34,345 bases of DNA from Asterionella formosa (taxonomy: Eukaryota). Position numbers and translations under genes: made by a program. Of the stretch, positions 1 through 11,406 are shown one piece after another. Position 1 is the first letter of the stretch. The number at the start of each line of letters is the position of its first letter. The DNA is taken from assembly GCA_002256025.1 (NCBI GenBank), contig NKIB01000233.1:1-34345 (forward strand), written 5' to 3'. The notes beneath the pieces are model-generated. The model had not been told where the DNA came from and searched no databases. It worked only from the letters and a program-made list of their open reading frames with translations.

Positions 1-397
1 CTGGGTCTGACGGCGATTTAGATACATAGGTAACTTTCAAATAGCACCAGTATATAACTTCTGGCGAGAAACTGCAGAAAGGAACTTCGGTTTTTTTACT
101 ATGCCAAATAAACAGATTTCCCCCGAATTTTCGAGTCTTTTTAGCATAGCTAAAAAACCGAAGTTCCTTTCTGCAGTTTCTGACCAGATCCTAGATACTG
201 ACGATATATTGAGTGAGCCTACACCCCTACTTTGTCCGAAGACTGTATTTAAGCATATGGAAAGGGTGTCTATTGGTGAAAGCTCCGTTGAGCGTTATAC
301 ATTTTTAATTTATACTTGTAAAGTACGTGTTTGATTAGTCTGACTGAATATTATTTTCTTAACCCTACCTCGAGCTAGGGGTTCAAATGCAGCAACC
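1..397 (+). mobile_element. 3' end of a Kolobok-like DNA transposon, copy 1 (continues left of the window)
   Basis: Reverse-complement similarity to 9882-10257 and 24819-25197. Shared terminus GGTT(C/G)CT(G/A)CATTT. Internal inverted repeat at 61-96/152-187. A reading frame ends GSDGDLDT* near position 29. Confidence 0.65.
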
Positions 398-608
398 TTT
401 TAAGGTTAAGCAAGACGTTAGTTTCCTGTTTACCAGTAGTAAGTTAAAAATTTCTTGGTGGGAAGGCCTGTGAGCATGCATTTTACCCCGCTGGCTCATC
501 CCTAAGGACGTTAGCATAAAACACCTTTGGTTTTTTCAGAGAATTTTGAAACGTGTATCAAAAACTCACTTCCATGTGCACAAGCATGTTTTCCGCATGT
601 GCCTGGTA

Positions 609-666
609 CCAGGCAAGTTGCGTTGATTTGGCTTAAATAGACAATTTAATCCGTAACTTGCATAGG
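609..666. mobile_element. Degenerate short copy of the TA-flanked MITE
   Basis: TA|CCAGGCAAGTTGCG...CCGTAACTTGCATAGG|TA; decayed form of the TIR seen in the other copies. Confidence 0.55.
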
Positions 667-808
667 TACCAGGTACCATGATGACACATACAACAAGCAT
701 GTTGTAGCAAACGAGAACTTTAGCTATGTTTTCTTTACAGGTTTATAGTACCCGGTAAGATTCGCCTTCGCTCTAATACGTATTGGTACCAGGGGAGGGT
801 ACCAGGTA

Positions 809-985
809 CCTGCAAGTTGCGGTCATTTTGCTCAAATAAACAATTTAAATGGGGATAAAGAAAGGGTACCAGCACAGCCGCAACTTGCTGATACCTGCAA
901 GTTGCGGTAATTTTACTCAACTAAATATTTGGTTTTTTTCCCATATTAAATTATTTATTTAAGCAAAATGACCGCAACTTGCTGG
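809..985. mobile_element. Two adjacent MITE copies (809-891, 894-985) sharing a TA
   Basis: TIR CC(T/A)GCAAGTTGCGGT(C/A)ATTTT...AAAATGACCGCAACTTGCTGG, with TA at 807, 892 and 986. Same family at 11192 and 15587. Confidence 0.85.
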
Positions 986-1117
986 TACATAGGTTATCGC
1001 CACTTGCTGGTATCGCAACGACCGGAATGTTTATCTCGCGGTCCCTGATGGTACATGCAGAAATGCATAAACCTACTGTTCATTTCTAAAACTCACAGAT
1101 GCGACCTACCGGTAGTC

Positions 1118-2974
1118 ATGATAACAGGGAAGCGGAACCAGAAGCAACGAAAGAGCTCTGTGGGAATGGGGTCCGTTTCTTCAACAATAGAAGACATGTC
1201 AGAGGATACCCTAGCTAATGTGGCGAATCCCTCCATCGAAGGAAATGTTAATGAGTCCGAGGAAGAAATGAGTCGACAGAGTGTGCTGGCGTACGACGAA
1301 GTCGAGTGCTCCCCGAAACAGAAAATCGTTGAAGAAGCGGAGACTGAAGAAAAATCAGGAAGGGAAGTCGTCGCAGAAACACTGGTACTGCTTCATCAGA
1401 AACCTCCTCTGACAAATTTATTCAGAAATGAAGATGCAGTAGAAGTCGACTCACAAGGACCACAAAGAACTGAAACGATAGAAACTCTACCGTCTACAAC
1501 TGTCCTTACAGATGATCCAACTTCAGCATTAACTCAAGAAACTCTGAATTTTTACGACGACTCATCAAAAGGAGAAATGATCAATGGCGAAGGAAATATT
1601 GCTGTCGATAATATCCCTCATCCGTACGTTGGGAAATTAGTCAGAATTTTGAAGGGAGCGCTCGCTGGAATGGAAGCGAGAATTCTCGTCGTGAAGACTC
1701 GAGGCTGGTGGTTAGTGGAGACTCAAGATGGACGTAGGAGATTGACACAACACCGTTCATGTTGCATGATTGATCATGTCAGCAAAGCCGAAATGAAAAA
1801 TTATTATTCAAGTCGTAGTTTAAAACAGCCTGCTCGGAAAGGCGCGACTCTGAAACGAATCTTATCCACCAAGCGAGATCGCATTGATAATCACTGGGAT
1901 GGTACAAGTTCTGCTGAGAATGCCGCTCCTTCACATCTCGCTTTGGAAAATAACCTTTCAGATGGAGAATCTTATGACATGAACGATGCACAAGGTGTTG
2001 ATGGAGAGCGGGAAGAATCGAGCGAGTCCGACTCAAAGCGCTCCATGCTCGAAACTGGTGGGATTGATGGCATGGATGAGGATGGGTTCTCTAGGGTAAT
2101 GCCTTGCTTAAATTCACGGAGTCTGCGTGAAGAACAGCTCAAGCGACCAAAGTGGAATGTTCTTCCACCGCTTTCTATTTCTGCAGTTGGCAGGGTTGAC
2201 AGACTCCCACGTGGTCTGAACCATTTAGGCAGTACGACGCTGTTAAAAATATTTGATCGAAAGACAGGTAAAATTCTTGAAGGAGACCATGCAGTTCAAG
2301 TGCAGCATCTCAGTAGTGTGCTTCAGGAACATCCCGAATATGAACCAATCATTCCTCCTCCCAACATTAATGATGATCAGCCTTTCATGAGGAAAGGACG
2401 AAGTGGTAGGCGAATTAGAGTAAATTCAGAAATTATTCCACAACGCAAAATTATAGCATCCAAGTGCAGGGGCCGCGTGGTCACAATTACAGATGGGCCT
2501 CATTGTGGGTGCAAAGCAACAATACATTCAATTCTTGAAGGTCGATGGTATGTTTTAGATGGGGTACTACCTGATCTTCAGTTAATCATTAGTCACAACA
2601 GTGTCAACATGGATTCACAACATCCTGAGAGAGCTTCTGCACAAACACTGCCTCAGCAAATGGATCATCAAGTATGTACTGAATTTGTAAATGCGATTTC
2701 AGGGCATTTCCATGATGAAGTGAAAGACATTAGGACACAGATCAAGGATTTAGCAGATGAAGAGAAGACTTTGTTGCTTGAATTGGAACATTCTGTCGCA
2801 GACGATTCACTGCATGGGTCTAACCTATTGTACAAACAACAACAAAAACAGTTGGACTACATAAGGAAATGCCGAAAGGAGCTGGAAAAGGAGGAATTGG
2901 CACTGCACAGTACTGTCAACATAAAAACAGTTGGACTGGCTTTAAATTCATTCACCAATGTTGAGCCAAAGTAA
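1118..2974 (+). CDS. BRK-domain protein with two KOW-like motifs and a C-terminal coiled coil
   Basis: Uninterrupted ORF 1055-2974; start uncertain (1055, 1118 or later). LKIFDRKTGKILEGDHAVQVQHLSSVLQEHPEYEP matches the BRK consensus. VGKLVRILKGALAGMEARI and RGRVVTITDGPHCGCKATI resemble KOW motifs. Confidence 0.8.
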   Translation: MITGKRNQKQRKSSVGMGSVSSTIEDMSEDTLANVANPSIEGNVNESEEEMSRQSVLAYDEVECSPKQKIVEEAETEEKSGREVVAETLVLLHQKPPLTNLFRNEDAVEVDSQGPQRTETIETLPSTTVLTDDPTSALTQETLNFYDDSSKGEMINGEGNIAVDNIPHPYVGKLVRILKGALAGMEARILVVKTRGWWLVETQDGRRRLTQHRSCCMIDHVSKAEMKNYYSSRSLKQPARKGATLKRILSTKRDRIDNHWDGTSSAENAAPSHLALENNLSDGESYDMNDAQGVDGEREESSESDSKRSMLETGGIDGMDEDGFSRVMPCLNSRSLREEQLKRPKWNVLPPLSISAVGRVDRLPRGLNHLGSTTLLKIFDRKTGKILEGDHAVQVQHLSSVLQEHPEYEPIIPPPNINDDQPFMRKGRSGRRIRVNSEIIPQRKIIASKCRGRVVTITDGPHCGCKATIHSILEGRWYVLDGVLPDLQLIISHNSVNMDSQHPERASAQTLPQQMDHQVCTEFVNAISGHFHDEVKDIRTQIKDLADEEKTLLLELEHSVADDSLHGSNLLYKQQQKQLDYIRKCRKELEKEELALHSTVNIKTVGLALNSFTNVEPK

Positions 2975-3961
2975 CAGTGTGCACTATATAGGGGTAAATG
3001 TTTAACTTATTCTTCTTTGAAGGTATGAAAAAACAACATAAACAAAAAGGTTGGGTCTCAGAGAGTGATGAAGGACATGAACTCACATAGCTACTACTAT
3101 CACCTGAAGACATCTGCATCAAACAGCTTCCCTGGTAGAAATGAATGATGCAAATCTCTTCAATGAATGATATCTAGCTGTGTTGTGATGACAACTCAAC
3201 AATTACGTCAAGAGCTCAAGGAATGCATGACATATGGCATCCGCATATAATTGAAATGCCAAGACATATTCCATTTTGTGATTCTCATTGCTCATCATGC
3301 TTCCAGCATTCCCTAGACATGTTTGTTATCACAATGTTGCTTCACCTTTCTGCTTTTGAGTTCCTTCTCATGGGTCTTCCTATTGCTGGCTTGGAAGAGT
3401 GGTGCATGGAAAGGACATGCGCTGCTACTAATGTTAGATGCTTCTGTGTTCTTGTTCCTTTGGTGCCAATCCAGAGAATTGTAAAAACATTTTTTACAAG
3501 TTGCAAACAACTATTGATGAGGCTTGCATCACAGCACAACAGTGCCTGCGGTCAATACCTATCCTAAGTTGATATCAGGAGGTTAAAGTTTTAAAACCCC
3601 AGACTGATCACACCAGGAAGATGAGGCAACTGGGTTACCACATCACCAATAGAGTAGTTTTAAGGCGCTATAAATGTGAAATTATTCTATAGCACTAATG
3701 ATGAAGCTCCCATCAGCAAACCTGACTTCGCCTACTTCTTGATATAAATGAATTGGCTGTGCATGTACATGATCAAAGGAGGATTGGAGGATTCATATCA
3801 AATTTCTTGCTGAGAAAAGTGTACAAAAATGGATTTGGCTCTATACTAGTTGTAAAGAAGAATTTTAAGTATGCGTTATAGAGCCTCAACTATGGTGGAG
3901 TTCTTTGGGTCACACTGTGGCCCAGAGGGCCAGGATTGTGAATTTAGGACAGGGGATCCAG

Positions 3962-4106
3962 CAGGCAAGGAGCCCATGTGGCTCTAAGAATAGTATGAGG
4001 AGATTTTGTTATTGGGTGTGACTCAGGCAAGGAGCCCATGTGGCTCTAAGAATAGTATGAGGAGATTTTGTTATTGGGTGTGACTCAGGCAAGGAGCCCA
4101 TGTGGC
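3962..4106. repeat. 62-bp tandem repeat, ~2.3 copies
   Basis: CAGGCAAGGAGCCCATGTGGC recurs at 3962, 4024 and 4086; the first two units are identical. Confidence 0.95.
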
Positions 4107-5015
4107 ATTTAGAGTATGTTGGCGAAAGTGAGAGAAACAAATGGTCATCGCAAATCAGCTTTGAAGTAGGGTGTGTGAGAGAGAAAAAGAATGGATGCAT
4201 GGTCTCAGAAGGCAGAGAGAGAGAGAGATATGAAAGAATATCTTGGATGATATTAAGAATGAGGATATTAAGAGGTATCTAGCAAAGATTAGATGAGTGA
4301 AATGGTTGAGTTTCTTGATAGCTGAAGGCATGTTGGCAGCTGGTGAAGGCAGAGTATTGAGTTTGCTGGAGCCATTCAAGTTAATGGAATAAACAATGGC
4401 GCGAATATGTGGAATCAAAATATGGTGGAAAGGAGTCCTGGAATGAAAGAAATGCAGCGATATTGGAGTGAACTGGATCCGCAAGCTTGGGCGGAGGAGT
4501 AGTTCGCTGAATGGGAATTAAATATTTGAATGCTCGGCTGAATGGAGCCTTACAGAGTGGTAAGAGCTGTCAGCAGGCACTGTGTTCTTGGGTTTGGGGA
4601 GGTCTTGATGGGCGGGGGAGGAGATTTTGTCAGGTGTAGTGGGTAAGGTCCCTTCTTTGGTGGCCAGAAAAGTAGAGGGATTGGGGCTGCTGGCTGTGGT
4701 AGATGGCCGTTTTTTTGAATAGCTGTGCGGACCAGCCATGAATAGACCAGAAGATAGGAGAGGCATGGATCAGTCAAGGGGAAGGAGGAGTGGGAGTGGT
4801 GGAAAAGGCGGGGATCAGAGAGTGGCATTTTAAATATGCGCCAACCAATGGTTCTGCGGGTTTGGGTTTCTTCTGTAGTGTGGAGAGAGGGGTTTTGGAT
4901 GATCTCTTATTCTTTGAATTCTAAAGGACAGCGTTGGGATGAGAGAATGGTGGTGGAGGGAAATGAAGCGGACTATCGGCAGCAATGGAGCCCGAAACGA
5001 GTATGGTGGACAGGA

Positions 5016-5245
5016 TGTTAAGATCTCGTTTATGTGGTATCCATTGCAAATGATTACAAACGTGGTAAGGAGGTGAAGACGATGATGGAAGGGATAAAGA
5101 AAGATTTAAAAACTATGAAGTTACACAAAGTAAAACAAAATAAAGTCGAGGGCACAAGAGAATCAGAATTTAGGTGACGTGTCAGAACTTCCGTCTGTCG
5201 CTCTGTCTCCAAATATATATATATATATGTATGAAGAGATTAACA
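5016..5245 (-). repeat. 3' LTR of copia element 1
   Basis: 5124-5245 aligns with 9127-9236; TTAAGATCTCG is shared at 5018 and 9092; TG...CA ends. Confidence 0.8.
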
Positions 5246-5285
5246 TAGTCCTCTCAAGAAGGAAATGTTAATTTTCATCTTGATG

Positions 5286-8200
5286 TTAATGCCATAACAC
5301 ATAATGACATAATTCAAGATTTTTATGGGGAGGTAACCATTTGGTTAAGACATGTGCCAAGTTGCTGGTCCCCGGTTCATGATGAATTCGCATTGCCTCT
5401 GTTGCAACAAATTCAAGCACTTTATGATAGGCGATAGAATTGTGTTCCTTCTGTAATGTAGATTTCGGTCTTGTTGCATTCAGTACAACGCTATTGCTAT
5501 CGCAAAAAGTGTTTGTAGATTCACTTATGGGAATACCCAACATGTATAGCTTGTAACACATGGCATCATTCATTTCTGCTGCCATTTTTAATGCAACAAA
5601 TTCAGATCCAAAGGTTGATGAATCAATTGTATTTTGTCTTTTAGAATACCATTTGACTGGGGTGCCATTCAGAAAGATGATAATGCCTGTTGTAAATCGT
5701 CTTGTCACCAGGTTTGTAGCATGTGAGGCATCACAGAACATGTTTAATTGTATTCTTTTCCCAAGTGGTTTTGGTGCGTTTGAAGGAAGATCTTCTTTAA
5801 TGTCTGGATAAAATTCTTTCCAATTTGCAGATGTCCATATTTTATTGGACCAATCACGTTCTCGTGGATCAACAACCAACTTACAAAAAATTTGTTTTCG
5901 TAAATATGCAAAAACTCTCAAAATGGCGACCTTGTGTCCCTTTGCAAGGTGCTGCCATGAATGTGGCCATTGTTGCACCTGTTTGTGCCAGATCAATGCG
6001 GCCTAATTATATTACCCGACGCAAAATGTCAACATAGCTTTGGTATAATTGTGTGTCATTATCATTTAGGAAATCCGAGGAATCTAATTCCTGGGTGGTA
6101 GTTTGGAGCAGCAGGCACATCCAATTTTCCTTTGAACAAAGCTTTTAGCGCCCCATAATTTTCCTGAATGATAGGTATTGCCTTGGCCAAGTATTCTTCA
6201 CCCGAAATAAACCATGTCTTGATACCATTATCAAGTTGATGTCTATCAGTTTTGGCTCCTAAATATCTTATTGGGGGCCCAGCATCTTTCAGATGGCACA
6301 AATAGGGTGGTTCTGCAAAGGAGTTGATAATCTTTCCCGGATCTTTTGCAATGCATAAAATATCATCTACATCGACCAGAATATATTCGTAATGGTCCAT
6401 ATTTTCTTCTGAAGTGGCCTCTCGATACCACATATCAGGATCTGCATAACTGGGTATGAATCCTATATCACGGAGTGTTGAAGCAAAATGAGCTCGCCAT
6501 GTGGCTCCAGAACTTTTTAATCCATATAATGCTCGGACAATAATAGCAATTTTCCCTTCTTTGTCATCACCAAATTCTGCGCCTGCAATAGCATAAACTC
6601 TTTCCTCAGTCTTGGCATTTAGGTAAGCATTACCAATGTCAGCCATCATGATATTCAAATTGTTTGTTGCGGCAATCAGGAAGGCTATTCAAACACTATC
6701 CCTGGAAACCACTGAGGAGTATGTGAGAGATGCTGGGGGATCGGTCTTATGACCTCCGGCAACCAGAAGAGCTTTTCGAGTAAAATCCATCTTGATATCA
6801 AAAATCCTTTTCACGGGAATGTGTTTATAACTAACAGGTGGCTGTGTATTTCTTTCTTTTAGTTCAAAAGCCACTCAGACATTAGATATCTCTTTCATAA
6901 TTGCATCATGCCATAGATTGTTATTACTTTCCTGGTCTATCTCCAAAGCCTCCAACACTGTGAAGGGGAGGCGTAAACCAAACTTGTATCCAGTCTGAAT
7001 GGCGCGTTTCTGTGATAACTTAATCAATCGTTTTTGTTTGTGAAGTAAATCCTTGGTCCACCAATCGAGAGCGGATTCACTGTCAATGCTATTAGCGATA
7101 GCATAATTGGCCACTTCCACTGGGTTTTTCTCTTTTAGTTCCTTCAAGGGCAACCAAGATGTTGTGCCATCTTTCCATTCTACTTCAAAGTGCCACCCAG
7201 CAGTAGTCTTTTCTTCGCCTGTTTCCCATGCACAACCCTGTATTGATCGGCTTTGTCAATTGCCTTTGAAATTTTGCGATGATTAATGATGACAGCGAAA
7301 TAACGGTATTGTTTGCCTTCCATGTCGATTCGTGTGTACATGATATGTTCTGCAGGATGTTATAAGCTATTTCCTGTTGTTCTCCATCTGAGAATTCCAC
7401 AGTGAAGATCCTTGAATCCGATCGAAGATTTGAGTGTTTCCTTCCAATATGTAGACCTTCTGGGTTATGTTTCCGCCCCAAGATTTTAGCAATTTCATTC
7501 CTGTCCCCTCTTGGGAGGTATATTTCGGCATTTTTTAATTTATGTGGGCCTGAAACAACTTCTCCTGTGTTATCAGTGGGATTAAGAGGAACAGCATGAT
7601 TCTCCATATCTTGTGGGTGAAATGGTTCTTCCATTTCTTCATTAGGGGCATTATGGATGAGTGTTTCATCAAATGCTGAATAGATTTCCGCAATCTCCTT
7701 GTCAAAATGCAGTCTCATATTTTGTTCAGTGACATCGGTCCATTCCTCTTTTGTTGTGGGTCGAACTATGGATCTGGCAATAATCCTGCCATTCTGCTTT
7801 AACACATAATAGCACAATGACTGTCCTACGTTTTCTGCAACACCAAGCCGTCTCCCAAGATCATTTTCTGTCTCTCATACTCTGACGTCATGGTATTTTA
7901 CCCAGCCATAGTAATCGAAATGTAAATATTCAGATACATCTGGCGTGATGCCAGTCAGCTTTTCAATTGGAGTGCGTTCATTTGTCAGATGACGTGACAT
8001 TCGTTCTCTGATTTGCAAAGTATAATCAATGCTGTAGTCCCAAAACTGTTCTGGACATTTGGCTCTATGCATAATACGCCTGAAATGTCGTTTTAGTTCT
8101 TGTATCTCTCGTTCGGCACGATTCTGCCAAGGAGAATGTGGTTCTGTCGTCCTCTGTTGGAATAGGGATTTCTTTCGCACTCGTTCCCAGTCTGAACCTG

Positions 8201-8813
8201 TTTCTTCCCCTACGTTATCTGACACCAGGAACAGAGGTATCCCAACTGTGGAACAGTAGAGGTCAAGCTTATCAAAGGCCTGCCCCTTGCTTGGCAGTGG
8301 GTAAATACGGCAATGTCCATCATCTGTCACAAATAATAGTGCACAGTTATTGCCACGTACACTGGTTGTGTCATTGAAATGTGTATCTGTAAAGACTCCA
8401 GAGCGAAGGTGGGGGTATTGCATGTGAGCCTGTCGGGTTCTGAAACGTCATGTAAATTGGTCTTCAATGTATCTCCAACCCCGCTGTGTAATGGAATTAA
8501 GGGTTTTCATGGTCAAAGGTAAAGTTATTCGAGGATACATTTCCGAAGCCTTCAGTGGCTTGTTGGTCTTTGATCCACATTTTGAAAGCCATAAGGTGCA
8601 TCTTCTTTTTCTGCCGTAGGACGGTTGTTCATCTGAAAACATGACATCAGCGTCTCATCATCTACATACTATGCATGAGAGCTCGGAGGACATGGAGATG
8701 TTCTGCATGATCAATCGATCGACTTGTGCTTCATTTAGTTGCACAACCTGTAGGAGGGTTTCTCGAAAATGAAACTCCTCACCAGGATTTCTGTTAACTT
8801 GTTCTTCATCCAT
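5286..8813 (-). pseudogene. Fragmented gag(N-term)-integrase-RT-RNase H polyprotein
   Basis: Integrase FTDT..SDN..TEPHSPWQNRAEREI; RT ADIGNAYL, ALYGLKSSG, VDDIL; RNase H FCDASHA, WYSKRQNT..STFGSEFVA. Many stops and frameshifts. Confidence 0.92.
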
Positions 8814-9091
8814 TTTTTTATTTTTGCAGTACACCTCCTCCTATGCTTGGTCCAGTGACCTGCCACTCCTAAAGGGGTGATCTTCTGCTTAACAGTAAGA
8901 TTCTGTAAATGAATGTTTCATAGTAGTGCCAGCCAGCAGGAGGCTCAATTGTCCCCAACTGACGTTGTGACAAACGTAAAAAGCGTGAATCTCGCTTAGT
9001 GCTGGCGCCCAATCAACAAACGGCGTCGCGATCGATCTTAAATCGATTTCTTTCACTCCTCTTTTCTGAGTGTCGTGGGTCTGATAAACCA

Positions 9092-9236
9092 TTAAGATCT
9101 CGCATACAATGCAATCGATAAAAGGTACAAAAAGTAAAACAAATAAAGTCGAGGGCACAAGAGAATCTGAGTTTAGGTGACGCGTCAGAAATTCTGTCTT
9201 TCTGTCTCCAAATATATATATATGAAGAGATTAACA
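9092..9236 (-). repeat. 5' LTR of copia element 1
   Basis: Matches the 3' LTR; followed on the minus strand by PBS-like TGGTTTATCAGACCCACGACAC. Confidence 0.8.
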
Positions 9237-9391
9237 TTAGGAGAAGGATCAGATGCAGTGTGTAGGTTAGTCCGTAGACTTGGTGCTAGGAGAAAATGAT
9301 GTGTCTATGTATGGAACCTGGAGATGAGCTCGCTGCATTCTGAAACTATAATAAAATGCATGTCAAGTATATCATATCATCAATGGCTATA

Positions 9392-9881
9392 ACGAGCCAC
9401 AAGGACTGTGGATTCGACAAAGGAGTCCAATGAGTCCAATGGTGCGTCCCCATGCATTTCAAGAAGCTTGCTAAAGAGATTGATGTTCTAGATCAATCAG
9501 AAGAAGGTCTGCATCAGAGAAAAGGGAACACGAAGAATAGATTCTCAAATTCTAATGATTGGGATTGAAACTAAGTTTTAGTTTAACCTTATAATTAAGA
9601 AACTGTGAGAATTGACAGAGAAAGATCAATAGCAAAAGCTAGCACGAAGGCTAGCAGCAAAAGATTATAGTACAAGTGCGTACATAATAGCGAGTCACAA
9701 GGACTGTGGATTCGACAAAGTCCAATGAGTCAAATGGTGCGTCCCCATGCATGTCAAGAAGCTTGCTAAAGAGATTGATGTTTTAGATCAATCAGAAGAA
9801 GGTCTGCATCAGAGAAAAGGGAACACAAAGAACAGATTCTCAAATTCTAATGAACGGGATTGAAACTAAGTTTTAGTTTAA
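9392..9881. repeat. Local tandem duplication A-B-A' (B' at 10925-11017)
   Basis: 9392-9586 is nearly identical to 9690-9881; 9600-9683 recurs at 10925-11017. Confidence 0.9.
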
Positions 9882-10257
9882 GGTTCCTGCATTTCAACCC
9901 TAGTTTAGAGGTAGGGTAAAAAAAATAATATTGAGTCAGAGTACTCAAACACACACTTCTTAGGAGTAAAACACAAATATGTATCGCTAAACGGAGCTTT
10001 CACCAATATACAACCTTTCCATTTGCTTAGATACAGTCATTGACAAAAGTAGGGGTACAAGTCAACGCTATACATCGTCAGGATATAGGATCTGGCGAGA
10101 AACTGCAGAGAGGAACTTTTCGGTTTTTTAACTATGCTTTAAAGACCAGAAATTTCGGGGGAAATAAACCGAAGTTCCTTTCTGCAGTTTCTCGCCAGAA
10201 GTTATATACTGATTCTATTTGAAGGTTACCTATGTATCTAAATCGGCTTCAGATCCA
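9882..10257 (-). mobile_element. 3' end of Kolobok-like transposon, copy 2 (runs into the gap)
   Basis: Begins right after TTAA (9878-9881) with GGTTCC; the paralogous empty site at ~9583-9586 continues TTAA|CCTT. Internal hairpin at 10092-10198. Frame ends GSEADLDT*. Confidence 0.7.
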
Positions 10258-10645
10258 NNNNNNNNNNNNNNNNNNNNNNNNNNNNNNNNNNNNNNNNNNN
10301 NNNNNNNNNNNNNNNNNNNNNNNNNNNNNNNNNNNNNNNNNNNNNNNNNNNNNNNNNNNNNNNNNNNNNNNNNNNNNNNNNNNNNNNNNNNNNNNNNNNN
10401 NNNNNNNNNNNNNNNNNNNNNNNNNNNNNNNNNNNNNNNNNNNNNNNNNNNNNNNNNNNNNNNNNNNNNNNNNNNNNNNNNNNNNNNNNNNNNNNNNNNN
10501 NNNNNNNNNNNNNNNNNNNNNNNNNNNNNNNNNNNNNNNNNNNNNNNNNNNNNNNNNNNNNNNNNNNNNNNNNNNNNNNNNNNNNNNNNNNNNNNNNNNN
10601 NNNNNNNNNNNNNNNNNNNNNNNNNNNNNNNNNNNNNNNNNNNNN
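10258..10645. other. Assembly gap
   Basis: Run of N. Confidence 1.
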
Positions 10646-11191
10646 GACATTGGATACACAGGCCCATGTTACATTTTCTTTGGGTGTACCGGTAGGCCAG
10701 TACTATATCCAGTGCGGATGCCAGAAGATTATCATCATTGGACATCATACATGTGGTACCTTGTACCACTCGTTAATTGCACTTTCAAATATTTGCCGAG
10801 TCGTCCATAAGAAAAATAGTCATCGGTACATATACATGCAGTGATGCACAATGTCTTTATATATATTTAGCTGTTTCAAAAAGGAATCTACCGGGTATGT
10901 ACCGGTAGGTACGCGAAAATTTCCAAACTGTGAGAATTGACATGGAAAGATAAATAGCGAAAGAAACTACCGGTAGCACGAAGGCTAGCAGCAAAAGATT
11001 ATAGTACAAGTGCGTACGTAGCAGTACAACCGTTGAGATCTACGCAAGAGGATACCAGTCAGGCGGGAGGAGTATCTGAAACCAGGTACCAGTACAGGTC
11101 TTCGTGACCTTTTAACAAATCATCCATGCACCATGTTTGTATTATTTTTGATGCACACATACCGGTATTACATAGTACAGATGTAAAGGTA

Positions 11192-11290
11192 CCTGCAAGT
11201 TGCGGTCATTTTGCTTGAACTAACATTTCAAGTTGGGATAAAGAAAGCTAAATCTTTAGTTTGAGCAAAATTACCGCAACTTGCTGCTGG
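11192..11290. mobile_element. TA-flanked MITE copy
   Basis: TA|CCTGCAAGTTGCGGTCATTTTGCT...AGCAAAATTACCGCAACTTGCTGCTGG|TA. Confidence 0.9.
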
Positions 11291-11406
11291 TACCACAGGT
11301 AACCCTACCGGTAGTCCAAGTTCCACATGAGACGGCGACTGCGAAATCAAAAATCTCAAATCTGTCATATTTGTTACCTCTCCAAGGAAGCAATCTACCA
11401 TCAAGC

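Larger units (their letters stand above)
5016..9236 (-). mobile_element. Ty1/copia (CoDi-like) LTR retrotransposon, decayed, internally deleted
   Basis: Related LTRs at 5016-5245 and ~9092-9236 with TGTTAA...TTAACA ends. Domain order IN-RT-RNaseH on the minus strand. PPT-like GAGAGGAC next to the 3' LTR. Confidence 0.93.

Noticed and set aside
3962..4106. CRISPR-like array
   Set aside because: Units are identical tandem copies with no unique spacers; eukaryotic context and no cas genes.
1..10257. Inverted copies at 1-397 and 9882-10257 as TIRs of a 10-kb element capturing the BRK gene
   Set aside because: The shared terminus faces inward in both copies, so each element extends away from the enclosed DNA. 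A third dispersed copy also exists.
10219..10810. ORFs spanning the first N run
   Set aside because: Artefacts of translating the gap.
11281..11406. N-terminal extension of R3H exon 1 from TTG at 11281
   Set aside because: It starts inside the MITE at a non-ATG codon; the first ATG in frame is at 11407.
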